A stretch of 63,129 nucleotides of DNA, filler included, from Nitrospiraceae bacterium (lineage in GTDB: Bacteria; Nitrospirota; Nitrospiria; Nitrospirales; Nitrospiraceae), in the NCBI GenBank assembly GCA_037442105.1. It is 5 parts of 5 records of this genome, joined end to end, with 100 filler letters (N's around TTAATTAATTAA, not from the genome) between each part and the next. Parts side by side here need not be neighbours in the genome. Positions count along the whole stretch, not along the records: positions 1 to 15,390 come from JBBIQV010000050.1; positions 15,491 to 29,365 come from JBBIQV010000051.1; 3 more parts are not named here. One strand, written 5' to 3'. The notes under the pieces were generated by a model. The model was not told the DNA's origin. It saw only the letters and a program-made list of their open reading frames with translations, and made no database searches. Positions 8,506 to 19,188 of this stretch are shown here, in pieces. The position numbers and the translations under genes are program-made. Each line of letters opens with the position of its first letter. The stretch's first letter is position 1.

Positions 8506-9261
8506 TTACGTCTTGCTCGGCGCAGTAAGCGCCTTGCTGATTTCCCCGATGAGGCGGCGCTCGATTTCGGCCGTCTCCTCCGGAGTGACGCTCATGATGC
8601 GGCCGCCTTGGGCGAGTTTCTCGAACTCGGCCTTCACGCGGAGGCGCGTGCCATTGGGTAGCGCCTGCAACGATACGAGGTACTGATTCCGGAAGCCGGA
8701 CATTTCCAACGATGTGGGCGAGGAGACCTTTCGCTCCGTCACGAAGGCCGCTTTCTGGTCCGTCTTCACGCTGACTTTGATGGTGTAGCCGTGGCGCGCA
8801 AGCGCTTCTTCGATGGTCTTGGCCACGGCGTTCAACGGGTGCGACAGTTCCTCCGTCTGCGCGCCTTTCTCTTCAATGTGCAGGCTTTGCGAGACTTGGG
8901 CGTTCGTGGCCGCCGTGCGCTGGACTTCCGCGCTCAGCTTCTTCGTGTGAGCGAGCTGCGACTGGAGTTGCTGGCTCAGAGCCTTCGCGTCGGCCTGCGC
9001 CTTCTCCGTTTCCTTCTTTGCGTCGCGCAACTCGCGATTCAGCAAATCGATCTGCTGCTGCATGACCTTGTTCCCGTCTTGCAGCGACACGACCACGGAT
9101 TCCTGCTTGGCCACCTGCTTACGGAGGGCCTCGTTCTCAGCCTTCAACGGCGACTCGTCGGGTTTGCAGCCGGGCGAAATCATGAAGAGGCCGGTGAGCG
9201 GAATGCACAGGGCACAGGCCCAGCGCTGCTTCGGCGTTGTTTTGAGCGGTGTGTGTCTCAC
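8506..9261 (-). CDS. Coiled-coil putative lipoprotein
   Basis: Lipobox-like SPGC followed by a long heptad coiled coil. Confidence 0.7.
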   Translation of the reverse strand: MRHTPLKTTPKQRWACALCIPLTGLFMISPGCKPDESPLKAENEALRKQVAKQESVVVSLQDGNKVMQQQIDLLNRELRDAKKETEKAQADAKALSQQLQSQLAHTKKLSAEVQRTAATNAQVSQSLHIEEKGAQTEELSHPLNAVAKTIEEALARHGYTIKVSVKTDQKAAFVTERKVSSPTSLEMSGFRNQYLVSLQALPNGTRLRVKAEFEKLAQGGRIMSVTPEETAEIERRLIGEISKALTAPSKT

Positions 9262-9358
9262 AAGTGAGGGGGATTATCCGATCTTCACGCGCTCTTGTCC
9301 ATCATGCATTTCGCCGCCTCATTTGACCGTTCTGTCCGGGCCAAGCTATTGTGCAAAC

Positions 9359-10030
9359 ATGCGGATACTTTCCCCGGCCATCAGGCTCCTGACCCTCTTG
9401 AGCGTGCTCTCTCTGGGCTATGCCGCTGTGCTTGAACAAACAGAGGGGAAGCCGGAGCCGGTGCCGGCGGAGGAATATCCGCTCTACGATCAAGTGATCG
9501 ACAAGAAGTTTCTTACGTCCGAAACGAAGCTGGTGATCATCGAACGTCTGACGGTGATGCGGCTGTATCCGGAGCAGGAAGGGACGGTGAGTGTTGAGAC
9601 ATTCCGTGAGAACGAATATTTCGAAGGCCGGCTCCCGCCCGAATTAGTTCGGGAATTCGTCTTCAAGAATCAGAAACCGGCACGATTAGAGGCGCGTTTC
9701 AGCATCGGGGTGCGGTATCGATTTGTCTCCGGCGGAGAGGCCGAAGAACCGGAAGTGTCGCTTGCGCCGGTTCCGGCCCTGTTCTCACGAGCCGTCCCGA
9801 TGCAGGAAGCGCCATTGCAAAAGGCGCCGCCGGTCGTCGATCGTCTGGCCTTCTCGCGTGTGGCCTTCACGCTCCGGAACGACCACGCGTTGGTATACGT
9901 GGAGAACAACCGGCCAGACGGAACCGGAGCGGGGTTCCTGGTGTGGTTGCGCCGCACAGGAAAAGACTGGGCCATCTTCGACACGGAAGTTGTGTGGACC
10001 GCCCGCCGGCGCATTCCGGGAGAGGGGTAG
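9359..10030 (+). CDS. Exported hypothetical protein
   Basis: Start at ATG 9359 gives the signal peptide MRILSPAIRLLTLLSVLSLGYA. Confidence 0.65.
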   Translation: MRILSPAIRLLTLLSVLSLGYAAVLEQTEGKPEPVPAEEYPLYDQVIDKKFLTSETKLVIIERLTVMRLYPEQEGTVSVETFRENEYFEGRLPPELVREFVFKNQKPARLEARFSIGVRYRFVSGGEAEEPEVSLAPVPALFSRAVPMQEAPLQKAPPVVDRLAFSRVAFTLRNDHALVYVENNRPDGTGAGFLVWLRRTGKDWAIFDTEVVWTARRRIPGEG

Positions 10031-10121
10031 TTGCGGCGCGATTTGGTGAGGGGCTAGCATAGGGCGGGAAGAACGTGAAGCGTGAGGCCTCAAACGTGAA
10101 GCACGAGGAGAAAGAAGAGGA

Positions 10122-10763
10122 ATGACGAATTCCCTGATTCTGAAAACGTTCCCGGTCCCGCCGCTGGACTGTAACTGTTCCATCCTCGGTGATCCCCTGA
10201 CCAAACAGGCGATGGTGGTCGATCCGGGCGGGGCTCATGACCACATTTTACGGATGGTGCGGGAGATGGGGCTCACCGTGGTGAGCATTCTCCACACTCA
10301 CGCCCATTTCGATCATTTCCTCGCTTCGGGCGAAATGAAGAAAGCCACCGGCGCGACCTTGTGCCTGCATCGTGACGACTTGGATCTGTGGAAGATGCTG
10401 GAGATGCAGTGCCGCATGTTCGGGGTGTCCTACCGGCCGGTGCCGCTGCCGGAGTATTGGCTGGCGGACGGTGAGAAGATCGTGCTCGGAGGCATCGAGG
10501 GCGTGGCGCTCCACACACCCGGCCATACGCCGGGGTCGATGAGTTTTCACTTTCCCGCCGAGCAACTTCTGCTCGCCGGGGATACCCTGTTCCAAGGCGG
10601 GATCGGCCGAACCGACTTGTGGGGTGGAGACTACGAGGCGATAGAACGTTCCATTCGCGAGCGCCTCTATACATTGAAGGAAGATACCCTCGTGATCACC
10701 GGTCACGGGCCTGCGACGCAGATCGGGATCGAGCGGGAGATGAATCCGTTCGTAAGAGCATAA
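10122..10763 (+). CDS. MBL-fold metallo-hydrolase (glyoxalase II/YcbL-like)
   Basis: THAHFDH, TPGHTPG, GDTLF, GHG motifs. Confidence 0.9.
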   Translation: MTNSLILKTFPVPPLDCNCSILGDPLTKQAMVVDPGGAHDHILRMVREMGLTVVSILHTHAHFDHFLASGEMKKATGATLCLHRDDLDLWKMLEMQCRMFGVSYRPVPLPEYWLADGEKIVLGGIEGVALHTPGHTPGSMSFHFPAEQLLLAGDTLFQGGIGRTDLWGGDYEAIERSIRERLYTLKEDTLVITGHGPATQIGIEREMNPFVRA

Positions 10764-10820
10764 TTGTTGTGTTAGGGATGGGGCAGCGAAGACCCAGAGA
10801 TTCAGCCGAAGGAGGAAACC

Positions 10821-11336
10821 ATGATACAGCTCTGCCGGTTGATGCGCGTCTTGATGGTGGTGGTGATGGTGGGGCTCCCCAATGCGCTGTCTCAAGCCGA
10901 GACTAAGCCCGGCGGGCCTCCAGCCTCACAGGTCGTTATATCGGACGTCAAGGTCCGCATGTCGGAAGTTGGGCCGGTCGTGCTCCTCTTGGCGGAAGGG
11001 AAGGTCATCCCGATCTTCGTCGATCTCACGGTCGCTGCGTCGATCCAAGGCGCACTAAGCGGGGAAAAGTTGTCGAGGCCGATGTCGCACGATTTGATGC
11101 ACTCGATCCTCGAGGCCTACGGAGGGAAGGTGACCCAAACCGTCATCACCTTGAAAGGGGGCACCTACTACGGTGCGCTGACGGTTGTATTCAAGGACGA
11201 CATGAAGGTGTTCGATAGCCGGTCGTCGGACTCGATCGCCCTTGCCGTTCATTTCAAGGCGCCGATCATCGTAGGGCGGGATTTGCTGGAATCTGCGGGG
11301 AAGTCGCCGGAGAAGGCCAAGCCGGAGACGTTATGA
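10821..11336 (+). CDS. Bifunctional nuclease (DUF151) family protein
   Basis: IPIFV, RPMSHDL, DSRSSDSIALA motifs; AGGAGG RBS. Confidence 0.8.
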   Translation: MIQLCRLMRVLMVVVMVGLPNALSQAETKPGGPPASQVVISDVKVRMSEVGPVVLLLAEGKVIPIFVDLTVAASIQGALSGEKLSRPMSHDLMHSILEAYGGKVTQTVITLKGGTYYGALTVVFKDDMKVFDSRSSDSIALAVHFKAPIIVGRDLLESAGKSPEKAKPETL

Positions 11337-11351
11337 TACCGGGAGGGATTC

Positions 11352-11744
11352 CTATTCTTTGGCCATCCTCTCACGCAGCCGCCCTAATCGCTTCTCCGTT
11401 GACTGCTTGATGAAGGCCATGTTCTCGGCGAGATGTTGCTCGGCGTTGATCTTTCCTTCGTCGCGCCGCTTCTGTTGGGCCAGTCCGAATTGCGCGACGA
11501 CGTTGGCGTCCTCGTTATTGAGTTCCTTCCAGATGGCAGCGCACCGGGCTTGCTTGGTGACGGGATAGCGGTCGCAGGGCGGCTCGGCGGTGGCGGTGCC
11601 AGGCCAATATGAGAGGGTCGCCGTGAGCACAAAGCACATCGGCAACACCATCGAACGAGCAGCCAATATGATCCTCAGCCGGATGGATTCCTGTGCGGTG
11701 ACTACGGTTGGATAACATTTTTCCAAGACACAACGCAAACGCAC
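11352..11744 (-). CDS. Small exported hypothetical protein (start uncertain)
   Basis: Hydrophobic leader, two Cys, helical C-terminus. Confidence 0.5.
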   Translation of the reverse strand: MRLRCVLEKCYPTVVTAQESIRLRIILAARSMVLPMCFVLTATLSYWPGTATAEPPCDRYPVTKQARCAAIWKELNNEDANVVAQFGLAQQKRRDEGKINAEQHLAENMAFIKQSTEKRLGRLRERMAKE

Positions 11745-11817
11745 TGCCGGTACCTTCCACGGCAGGGCCCTTACCTTAGCACAACCGGAGTCGTCCGGCA
11801 GGCTATGACAACCGGAC

Positions 11818-12582
11818 GTGGCGTCTTTCCAGCCTAGGAGCTTTTGGGTATTATGGGTCCCATTGGTTGGATGGCGGCATCAGAGCTTCCGTGACGTGGT
11901 CACGCCGTTGAACGCCCACTCTGCTCTTTGGATCGAAATCGTGCGGAGGCGTTGTCCGCCCCCTGCAAGCCGATGGTGGGACTCTGTGTTCTCCTGGCTG
12001 CGGATGCCATCTGCGAGAGACGATTTTGCCAAAGCCTACACGAAGGCCGCTCGTCTGCTCGGCAACGTTCCGGTTGATCTGACCCAGGATGAGGCGGAAG
12101 CTCTGTCCGCTACCGGGATTCAACCGATGCGGGGGCGCCCGCTCCATGAATTTGGACGAACGGCTCTCTTGCTGTGCGCCACGACACATCTTCCATCCGA
12201 AGACCATGCTGAGTTCATCGACGAACTCTTTGTGCGGGGCGAGAACGCAGAACGCGAGGCGCTCCTGCGCACATTGTCACTTCTGCCGGAGCCGGGCCGC
12301 TTTCTTTCAACGGCGGTGGAGGCCTGCCGGACGAATGTGCAGACGGTCTTTGAAGCGATTGTCTGCGAGAATCCCTACCCCGGTCATTATTTCCCGGAGT
12401 TAAACTTTAACCAAATGGTCATGAAAGCGATATTTACCGGTATGTCTCTGCGGCGTATTGTGGGACTGCCTGCCCGAATCACGCCCGCCCTCATGAGGAT
12501 GGCAAAGGACTACGCGCGAGAGCGAATTGCTGCCGGTCGCCCGGTCCCCGAAGATATTGGACTGATCGCGAGTGCGGGATGA
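11818..12582 (+). CDS. eboA: EboA-domain protein (start uncertain)
   Basis: G...EREALLR.L, EACRTN...FEAI..ENPYP..YF....FNQMVMKAIF, YARERIAAGRPVP; directly upstream of a TatD-like gene. Confidence 0.75.
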   Translation: MASFQPRSFWVLWVPLVGWRHQSFRDVVTPLNAHSALWIEIVRRRCPPPASRWWDSVFSWLRMPSARDDFAKAYTKAARLLGNVPVDLTQDEAEALSATGIQPMRGRPLHEFGRTALLLCATTHLPSEDHAEFIDELFVRGENAEREALLRTLSLLPEPGRFLSTAVEACRTNVQTVFEAIVCENPYPGHYFPELNFNQMVMKAIFTGMSLRRIVGLPARITPALMRMAKDYARERIAAGRPVPEDIGLIASAG

Positions 12583-12588
12583 CGCGCG

Positions 12589-13506
12589 ATGCAGCTCTTC
12601 GATCCGCATATTCACATGACATCCCGCACCACGGACGACTACGCTGCGATGGCGTCGGCCGAGATCGTGGCCGTCGTGGAGCCGGCGTTCTGGGTCGGCC
12701 AGCCGCGCACGCACGTGGGGACTTTCGAGGACTATTTTCTTTCATTGCTGGGATGGGAGCGTTTTCGCGCAAGCCAATTTGGGGTGCGCCATTTCTGCGC
12801 GCTTGGGTTGAATCCGAAGGAAGCCAACAATCCCAGGGTGGCGCCGGGTGTGATCGAGTTGCTTCCGCGCTACTTGGAGAAAGATGGTGTGGTGGCGGTC
12901 GGCGAGGTAGGCTTCGATGATCAGACCGAGGCGGAAGCGAGGTATTTCTCAGCCCAGATTGAGTTGGCGGAGGAGTTCAATTTGCCCGTACTCGTCCATA
13001 CGCCGCACCGGGATAAGAAGCGCGGCACGGAACGGACTCTGGCGCTTGTGCGCGAGTCTGGAATCGCGCCGGAGCGGGTGCTGATCGACCACAATAACGA
13101 AGAAACGCTTCCCTTGGTATTGGGGAGCGGCTGCTGGGCTGGGCATTCGATCTATCCCCAGACCAAGATGGACGAACAACGGATGGTTCAGCTCGTCATG
13201 CGGTATGGCGGAGAGCGGATTCTCTTCAACAGTGCGGCCGATTGGGGAGTGAGCGATCCCCTCAAAGTTCCGAAGACGGTACAGGCCATGGTGGAGGGGG
13301 GCATTCCAGCGCACACGATCGCTCGGATTGTGTGGGAGAACCCGGTCGCCTTTTTCAGCCGATCCGGCCGCCTCGATCTCGGCATGGCTGAGGCTCGGCC
13401 CAACATCGACCAGCGCCAGTTGTGGGAGGGTAATTCCGTCCTCCGTGGACAGACTCCGATCGTCGATCCATCCCGCGATCCTCATGCACCGCACCCTCGT
13501 TCTTAA
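12589..13506 (+). CDS. eboB: TatD-family hydrolase (EboB-like)
   Basis: DPHIHMTSRTTDDY, VHTPHRDK, DHNNEET, NSAADWG. Confidence 0.8.
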   Translation: MQLFDPHIHMTSRTTDDYAAMASAEIVAVVEPAFWVGQPRTHVGTFEDYFLSLLGWERFRASQFGVRHFCALGLNPKEANNPRVAPGVIELLPRYLEKDGVVAVGEVGFDDQTEAEARYFSAQIELAEEFNLPVLVHTPHRDKKRGTERTLALVRESGIAPERVLIDHNNEETLPLVLGSGCWAGHSIYPQTKMDEQRMVQLVMRYGGERILFNSAADWGVSDPLKVPKTVQAMVEGGIPAHTIARIVWENPVAFFSRSGRLDLGMAEARPNIDQRQLWEGNSVLRGQTPIVDPSRDPHAPHPRS

Positions 13507-14881
13507 CGTCGTCGGACTCACTCTCGACCTGCTCGGCCAAGACACGCCGCACCTTTCGGCGTTGGCGCAGCGCGGCGGGATGCGCTCCCTCTCGACCATC
13601 ACGCCTGCCGTGACCTGTTCCGTTCAGGCCACCTTCACGACCGGCCTTCTGCCGAGAGAGCACGGGATCGTTGCCAACGGCTGGTACTTTCGCGATCTGG
13701 AGGAAGTCTTTCTGTGGCGGCAATCCAACCGGCTTGTGAGGGGTGAAAAAATCTGGGACATGGCCAGGAAGATCGACCCTCACTTCACCTGCGCGAAACT
13801 GTTCTGGTGGTATAACATGCACTCGACGGCGGATTACACGGTCACGCCTCGCCCCATCTATCTCGCTGATGGAGGGAAATTTCCGGACATTTATACGCAG
13901 CCGCCGGAACTCCGGGAAGAACTCAATCAGAGGCTCGGCATGTTTCCCTTAATTCGATTCTGGGGCCCGGCGGCGGACATCCTTTCCAGCCGGTGGATCA
14001 CGGACTGTGCACGGCATGTGTACGACACTCGCAAGCCCACACTTACTTTAGTGTACCTGCCGCACCTCGATTACAACCTGCAACGTCTCGGTCCCAGGCA
14101 TCCGGCCATCCGACAGGACCTGCGCCGGATCGACGCCTTGTGCGGCGAGTTGATCGAGACGGTGCAGAAGGACGGGACTCGCGTAATCGTGTTGTCCGAG
14201 TATGGCATCACGGAGGTGGGCGGGCCGGTGCATCTGAATCGGATCTTGCGCGGTGCGGGTCTGCTCACAGTGCGTGAGGAGTTGGGCCGCGAGCTGCTGG
14301 ATCCGGGAGCGTGCGAGGCATTCGCCGTGGCCGACCATCAGATCGCGCACGTCTATGTGAAGTCGCCCGAGAGGATTCCTGAGGTCAAGCGATTGCTCGA
14401 ACAGGCGCCGGGGATCGAGCTGGTGCTCGACGAAGAAGGAAAGCGGCGCTGCGGGCTCGACCATCCCCGCTCGGGTGAGTTGGTCGCCCTGTCACAGACG
14501 GAACGCTGGTTTACCTATTACTATTGGCAAGAGGACGAACGAGCACCGGACTTCGCGCGTACCGTGGACATCCATCGCAAGCCCGGCTATGACCCGGTGG
14601 AGTTGTTCGTCGATCCAAGGCTGCGCGTGCCGAAGCTGCACATCGCTTGGCGCCTCGTCCAGAAGAGGCTCGGGTTTCGGATGCTCATGGACGTGATCAG
14701 CTTGGATGCCACGCTGCCAAAAGGGTCACACGGGCGGGTGACGGACAAACCCGAGCAGGGGCCGTTGTTCATCACATCGGAACCGGCGTATCTGCCTGCG
14801 GAAACCGTGCCTGCCGCGGACGTCAAGCGGCTGATCCTGCGCCATCTGTTTGGAGATCAGGTTCCAGGAATCACCCGGTGA
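13484..14881 (+). CDS. eboF: Alkaline phosphatase/nucleotide pyrophosphatase family (EboF-like)
   Basis: VLNVVGL, PAVTCSVQ, YLPHLDY, VDIHRKPGYDP, GSHG. Confidence 0.8.
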   Translation: MHRTLVLNVVGLTLDLLGQDTPHLSALAQRGGMRSLSTITPAVTCSVQATFTTGLLPREHGIVANGWYFRDLEEVFLWRQSNRLVRGEKIWDMARKIDPHFTCAKLFWWYNMHSTADYTVTPRPIYLADGGKFPDIYTQPPELREELNQRLGMFPLIRFWGPAADILSSRWITDCARHVYDTRKPTLTLVYLPHLDYNLQRLGPRHPAIRQDLRRIDALCGELIETVQKDGTRVIVLSEYGITEVGGPVHLNRILRGAGLLTVREELGRELLDPGACEAFAVADHQIAHVYVKSPERIPEVKRLLEQAPGIELVLDEEGKRRCGLDHPRSGELVALSQTERWFTYYYWQEDERAPDFARTVDIHRKPGYDPVELFVDPRLRVPKLHIAWRLVQKRLGFRMLMDVISLDATLPKGSHGRVTDKPEQGPLFITSEPAYLPAETVPAADVKRLILRHLFGDQVPGITR

Positions 14882-15390
14882 GCCAGGCGGGTGAGAAGAG
14901 CGCCCCCAACGGCAAGTGCGGCGAGCCATGTTCCGCCTGCGAGCGCGATGAGCAGTGCATCGAGGAGAGCGATGGCTGCGATGAGTGTCGAGACTTCCTC
15001 GCGAATGTCGGACCGGGAACCTGTGACCAGTCGCCAGGCCGCATGCCCCACCCACGCGAGGAATACCACGTAGACCAGCATCGGACTAATGCCGCGCATC
15101 ATTCCGGACGCTCCGTAGACAAACGGCGTAGCAAGGAAAGCCAGCGGCCAAAGGTTGGTCGGTGCTGCCAGCGCTTCCTGCCGTGCCATGGAACTCAGAC
15201 CGATGACGTAGGCGATGACCAGGCCTGCTCCCCACCACACTTTGTCGGGCAACGTCGGCGCGATTGCCAGCGCCGTCGTCAGGTACACCTGAGCGCGACA
15301 GAGGCCCATGATCACCGGTCCAAGCGGGTTGTTCTTGTGATGGACGTTGTAATATACGATGGTCGCAATGAGGCATAGACCGGCGACCAC
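14857..15390 (-). CDS. UbiA-family prenyltransferase (EboC-like), 5' truncated by contig end
   Basis: YYNVHHK..PLGPVIMGLCR motif, multiple TM helices, ebo context. Confidence 0.65.
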   Translation of the reverse strand: MVAGLCLIATIVYYNVHHKNNPLGPVIMGLCRAQVYLTTALAIAPTLPDKVWWGAGLVIAYVIGLSSMARQEALAAPTNLWPLAFLATPFVYGASGMMRGISPMLVYVVFLAWVGHAAWRLVTGSRSDIREEVSTLIAAIALLDALLIALAGGTWLAALAVGGALLTRLAHRVIPGT

Positions 15391-15490
15391 NNNNNNNNNN
15401 NNNNNNNNNNNNNNNNNNNNNNNNNNNNNNNNNNTTAATTAATTAANNNNNNNNNNNNNNNNNNNNNNNNNNNNNNNNNNNNNNNNNNNN
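15391..15490. other. Artificial contig linker
   Basis: N-run flanking TTAATTAATTAA (stops in all six frames). Confidence 0.98.
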
Positions 15491-15543
15491 GACTTAGGAT
15501 CTCGTGGGCAACCGTGGGGGTTCAAGTCCCCCCTCTCGCACCA
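15491..15543 (+). tRNA. tRNA-Leu(TAG), 3' part
   Basis: CTTAGGA anticodon loop, long variable arm, GGTTCAAGTCC T-arm, CCA end; upstream of tig. Confidence 0.85.
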
Positions 15544-15604
15544 CGGAGGGCCGGCAACGAGTCGTATACGATCCGGAACGACGGCAGGAGCGGCAAAGGC
15601 ACAT

Positions 15605-16930
15605 ATGAAAATGGAAGTGACGGAACTGGGGCCTATGAAGCGCGCCCTCAAGATCGAAGTACCCGCTGAGGACGTGGACAAGCGGTTTGTGCAGGCCTAT
15701 GCGGAATTGAATCGCCAGGTTCAAATCCCCGGGTTCCGACCAGGAAAAGCTCCGATCGCGTTGTTGGAGAAGCGATACGCGCGCGCCGTGGAAGAAGACG
15801 TGATCCGCAGCTTGGTGCCTGATTATTACGATCGCGCCGTCCGGCAAGCAGGGATCGTTCCCGTTCTGGTGGAGGTTCCCCCGGTGGAGCGCGTGAAGAT
15901 CAAGAAGGGCTCCGCCTTTACCTTCACGGCCACGGTCGAGATCAAGCCCACGATAGAACTTCGCGACTACAAGGCGCCCAATCCGATTTCCCTCAAACCC
16001 GACAAGCGGACCGTGACAGACGAGCAGGTCGACCGCGCATTGGACGTATTGCGGGAGCAGCATGCCCAGCTCCACCCGGCCCCTGCCGGTGCGAGTCTGG
16101 CGGAAGGGGACTACGTCGTCCTTGACATTGAAGGATTGCTGGAGGGAGCGTCGCTCGACGGCACGAAGAAAGAGGGCCATCTTCATCGCCTAGGCTCAAA
16201 GACTCCTATCCTCGGTGTCGATGTGGATACCCAGCTTGTGAGCAAGAAGGAAGGGGATGTGCTGGAACTTCAGCAGCCCTATCCCCCGACACATCCAGAC
16301 CAGCGTGTTGCAGGGAAGACCGTCCTGTTTCGCTTCACCGTGCGATCGATCAAGCAGAAGAAATTGCCCGTGCTCGACGACGAGTTCGCCAAGGATTGCG
16401 GCCCCTACAATTCCCTTCAAGCGCTCAAGGACCGGTTCCGTAGCGAGATGGAACGGGCGCTGAAGAAAGATATCGAAGAGACGTACAAGGACACGATTCT
16501 CAAACGTCTGGTCGAAACCCACCACTTCGAGTTGCCGGAGACATTGGTGGAGCGAGAGTTGTCAGCGATGGTCCGCCAGCAGGTGCAAAGTCGGCAGCGC
16601 CAGCGGGGAGCCCAGGGCGACCCTAACCAGCCTGCCGCGACGCCGGAGGAACTTAAAAAACTGCGCGAAGAGAACCTCTCCGAAGCGTCGCGCCGCGTCA
16701 AAGTGGGGTTGATTCTCGAACGGATTGCGGAAAAGGAAGGGCTGACGGTAGAGCAAGCCGATGTCCAAACCGAAATTCAGCGTTTGGCGGCCGAGCTCAA
16801 ATTGTCGGTCGACGACCTCAGCCGCATGATCCAAGCCGGCGGACAAGAATCGCTCGATGAGTTGAGAAGTCGTATTCTGGCCGATAAGGCGCTGGACTTC
16901 GTGTATCGGCACGCGGTGATTCAGGGGTAG
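15605..16930 (+). CDS. tig: Trigger factor
   Basis: GFRPGKAP ribosome-binding motif; tig-clpP-clpX synteny. Confidence 0.95.
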   Translation: MKMEVTELGPMKRALKIEVPAEDVDKRFVQAYAELNRQVQIPGFRPGKAPIALLEKRYARAVEEDVIRSLVPDYYDRAVRQAGIVPVLVEVPPVERVKIKKGSAFTFTATVEIKPTIELRDYKAPNPISLKPDKRTVTDEQVDRALDVLREQHAQLHPAPAGASLAEGDYVVLDIEGLLEGASLDGTKKEGHLHRLGSKTPILGVDVDTQLVSKKEGDVLELQQPYPPTHPDQRVAGKTVLFRFTVRSIKQKKLPVLDDEFAKDCGPYNSLQALKDRFRSEMERALKKDIEETYKDTILKRLVETHHFELPETLVERELSAMVRQQVQSRQRQRGAQGDPNQPAATPEELKKLREENLSEASRRVKVGLILERIAEKEGLTVEQADVQTEIQRLAAELKLSVDDLSRMIQAGGQESLDELRSRILADKALDFVYRHAVIQG

Positions 16931-17020
16931 ATGCGGTAGAGTGGCAACAGCAGGAGAGCGGTGTCGTGCGAGGGCACGGGGGTGCTGGAGCTAGTTCTCT
17001 AGCGGAAAGGAAAATTTTGC

Positions 17021-17659
17021 ATGTTGGTTCCGATCGTAGTCGAGCAGACAAATCGAGGTGAGCGCGCGTACGATATTTATTCGCGCCTATTGAAGGATCG
17101 GATCATTTTTCTAGGGGCCCCGATTGACGACGTATTTGCCAACCTGGTGATCGCCCAGCTCCTGTTTCTTGAGGCCGAAGACCCGGAGAAGGACATTAAT
17201 CTCTACGTCAACTCACCTGGTGGAAGCGTGACCGCTGGTCTCGGCATCTACGACACCATGCAATACGTGAAGCCGCCTATTACCACCATTTGCCTGGGAC
17301 AAGCCGCCAGCATGGGCGCTCTTTTGCTCGCCGGCGGGACAAAGGGGAAGCGGTTTGCGCTCCCCAATGCCCGGGTCATGATTCACCAGCCGATGGGCGG
17401 ATTCCAGGGGCAAGCGACAGAGATCGACATTCACGCACGAGAAATCCTGAAAATCCGCGAGCGGCTTAACGATATCCTGGCGAAACATACGGGCCAGCCG
17501 ATCGACAAGATCGCTCTTGATACCGAGCGCGACTATTTCATGTCGGCCCACGAAGCGAAAGAGTACGGGATCATCGACGAGGTCATTACTCGTCCGCCCA
17601 AGATGTTGAAAGACCTTGCGCAGACCGATTTGGTAAAAGACGTAGCTAAGAACAAGTAA
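17021..17659 (+). CDS. clpP: ATP-dependent Clp protease proteolytic subunit
   Basis: [29 protein letters not shown]. Confidence 0.97.
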   Translation: MLVPIVVEQTNRGERAYDIYSRLLKDRIIFLGAPIDDVFANLVIAQLLFLEAEDPEKDINLYVNSPGGSVTAGLGIYDTMQYVKPPITTICLGQAASMGALLLAGGTKGKRFALPNARVMIHQPMGGFQGQATEIDIHAREILKIRERLNDILAKHTGQPIDKIALDTERDYFMSAHEAKEYGIIDEVITRPPKMLKDLAQTDLVKDVAKNK

Positions 17660-17672
17660 CACAGGAGGTGGC

Positions 17673-18929
17673 ATGGCCAAGCAGGAGAAGATGGATCGGC
17701 ACCTTCGTTGTTCCTTCTGCGGCAAAAGCCGGGATGAAGTCCGTAAGCTCATCGCCGGGCCCACCGTGTACATTTGCGACGAGTGCGTCAATCTCTGCAA
17801 CGATATCATCGCCGAGGACTGGGAAGAGGCCAAAGAAGAGATCTCCTCTAAGCTCAAGAAGCCCTCAGAAATCAAACATCATCTCGACCAGTACGTCGTG
17901 GGACAAGAGCGGGCGAAGAGAATTCTCTCCGTCGCAGTCCATAACCACTACAAACGCATCTCGTCCAAGGAAAAGGAAGTCGATGATGTCGAGCTCCAAA
18001 AGGGCAACATCCTCATGGTCGGGCCGACGGGCACCGGCAAGACGCTGCTGGCGCAGACCCTGGCCAAGTACCTTGACGTCCCATTTACGCTCGCCGACGC
18101 GACAACGTTAACCGAAGCGGGGTATGTGGGCGAAGATGTCGAGAACATTATCCTCAAACTTTTGCAGGCGGCCGATTACGATGTCGAACGGGCGGAGCGC
18201 GGCATCGTCTACATCGATGAAATCGACAAGATCAGTCGGAAAAGCGATAGCCCGTCGATCACACGGGACGTTTCCGGCGAAGGTGTACAGCAAGCGCTTC
18301 TGAAGCTGATCGAGGGGACCGTTGCGAACGTGCCGCCGCAGGGCGGGCGCAAACATCCTCATCAGGAATTTATCCAGGTCAATACCAGCAATATCCTCTT
18401 CGTTTGCGGCGGGGCCTTTGTCGGGCTGGATGCGATTATCGAACAACGACTGAACCGAAAAGCGATGGGCTTTGGCGCCGACGTGCGGAGTCGAAACGAG
18501 GCACGGCTAGGGGAACTCCTCGCACGGGTCCAACCGGAAGACTTCTTGAAATACGGTCTTATCCCGGAGTTTATCGGCCGACTCCCCGTGGTCGCCACGC
18601 TCGACGAACTGGACGAAAAGGCTCTGATCAGAATCTTGACAGAACCGCGGAATGCGCTCACCAAGCAGTACGAGAAGTTGCTCTCCTTCGAGAAAGTGAA
18701 GCTGAAATTCACCGAGGGTTCGCTGGGAGCCATCGCGCGGAAGGCCCTCACCCAGAAAACGGGCGCCCGCGGCTTGCGCGCCATCTTGGAAGAAGTGATG
18801 CTGGATGTCATGTACGATGCGCCTTCCCAAAAGCAGATCAAGGAAGTGGTGATTACTGAAGACGTCATCCTGGGTAAGCATCCCCCGCTTCGTATCTACG
18901 AGCAGGATAAAGAAGTGAAGAGTGCCTGA
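17673..18929 (+). CDS. clpX: Clp protease ATP-binding subunit ClpX
   Basis: CSFCGK zinc finger, [24 protein letters not shown]. Confidence 0.97.
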   Translation: MAKQEKMDRHLRCSFCGKSRDEVRKLIAGPTVYICDECVNLCNDIIAEDWEEAKEEISSKLKKPSEIKHHLDQYVVGQERAKRILSVAVHNHYKRISSKEKEVDDVELQKGNILMVGPTGTGKTLLAQTLAKYLDVPFTLADATTLTEAGYVGEDVENIILKLLQAADYDVERAERGIVYIDEIDKISRKSDSPSITRDVSGEGVQQALLKLIEGTVANVPPQGGRKHPHQEFIQVNTSNILFVCGGAFVGLDAIIEQRLNRKAMGFGADVRSRNEARLGELLARVQPEDFLKYGLIPEFIGRLPVVATLDELDEKALIRILTEPRNALTKQYEKLLSFEKVKLKFTEGSLGAIARKALTQKTGARGLRAILEEVMLDVMYDAPSQKQIKEVVITEDVILGKHPPLRIYEQDKEVKSA

Positions 18930-19188
18930 TTCTCTCCGGCGCTCTGTCTTGTGAGTCGCCCCTGGTTGTGAATTCGCCGGGGGCGTTGTCTTATCCCCAG
19001 GAAAACCTCCTTGGTAGGGACGCCCTTCAGCGATTTTCCGGTGGTTCCCGATCGTCGGAGGCATCCCGCGCCTTGGCGCTCCTCGAATCATCCCCGCCAG
19101 TTGTATCAATCCTCGCCTTTTATTTCGACATTTTCGAGCTCTGCGCTATACTTCTAACGAGCGACGCAAATCATCAGAGGGAGGCCGT

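Noticed and set aside
15391..15490. Repeated TTAATTAATTAA palindrome within N-runs (also 29366, 42892, 55458)
   Set aside because: Artificial contig joiner; not biological, and no synteny can be inferred across it.
18930..19130. 200-bp GC-rich spacer after clpX with hairpins, possible ncRNA
   Set aside because: No recognisable RNA family motif by eye; a terminator plus promoter explains it. An Rfam/Infernal scan would be needed.
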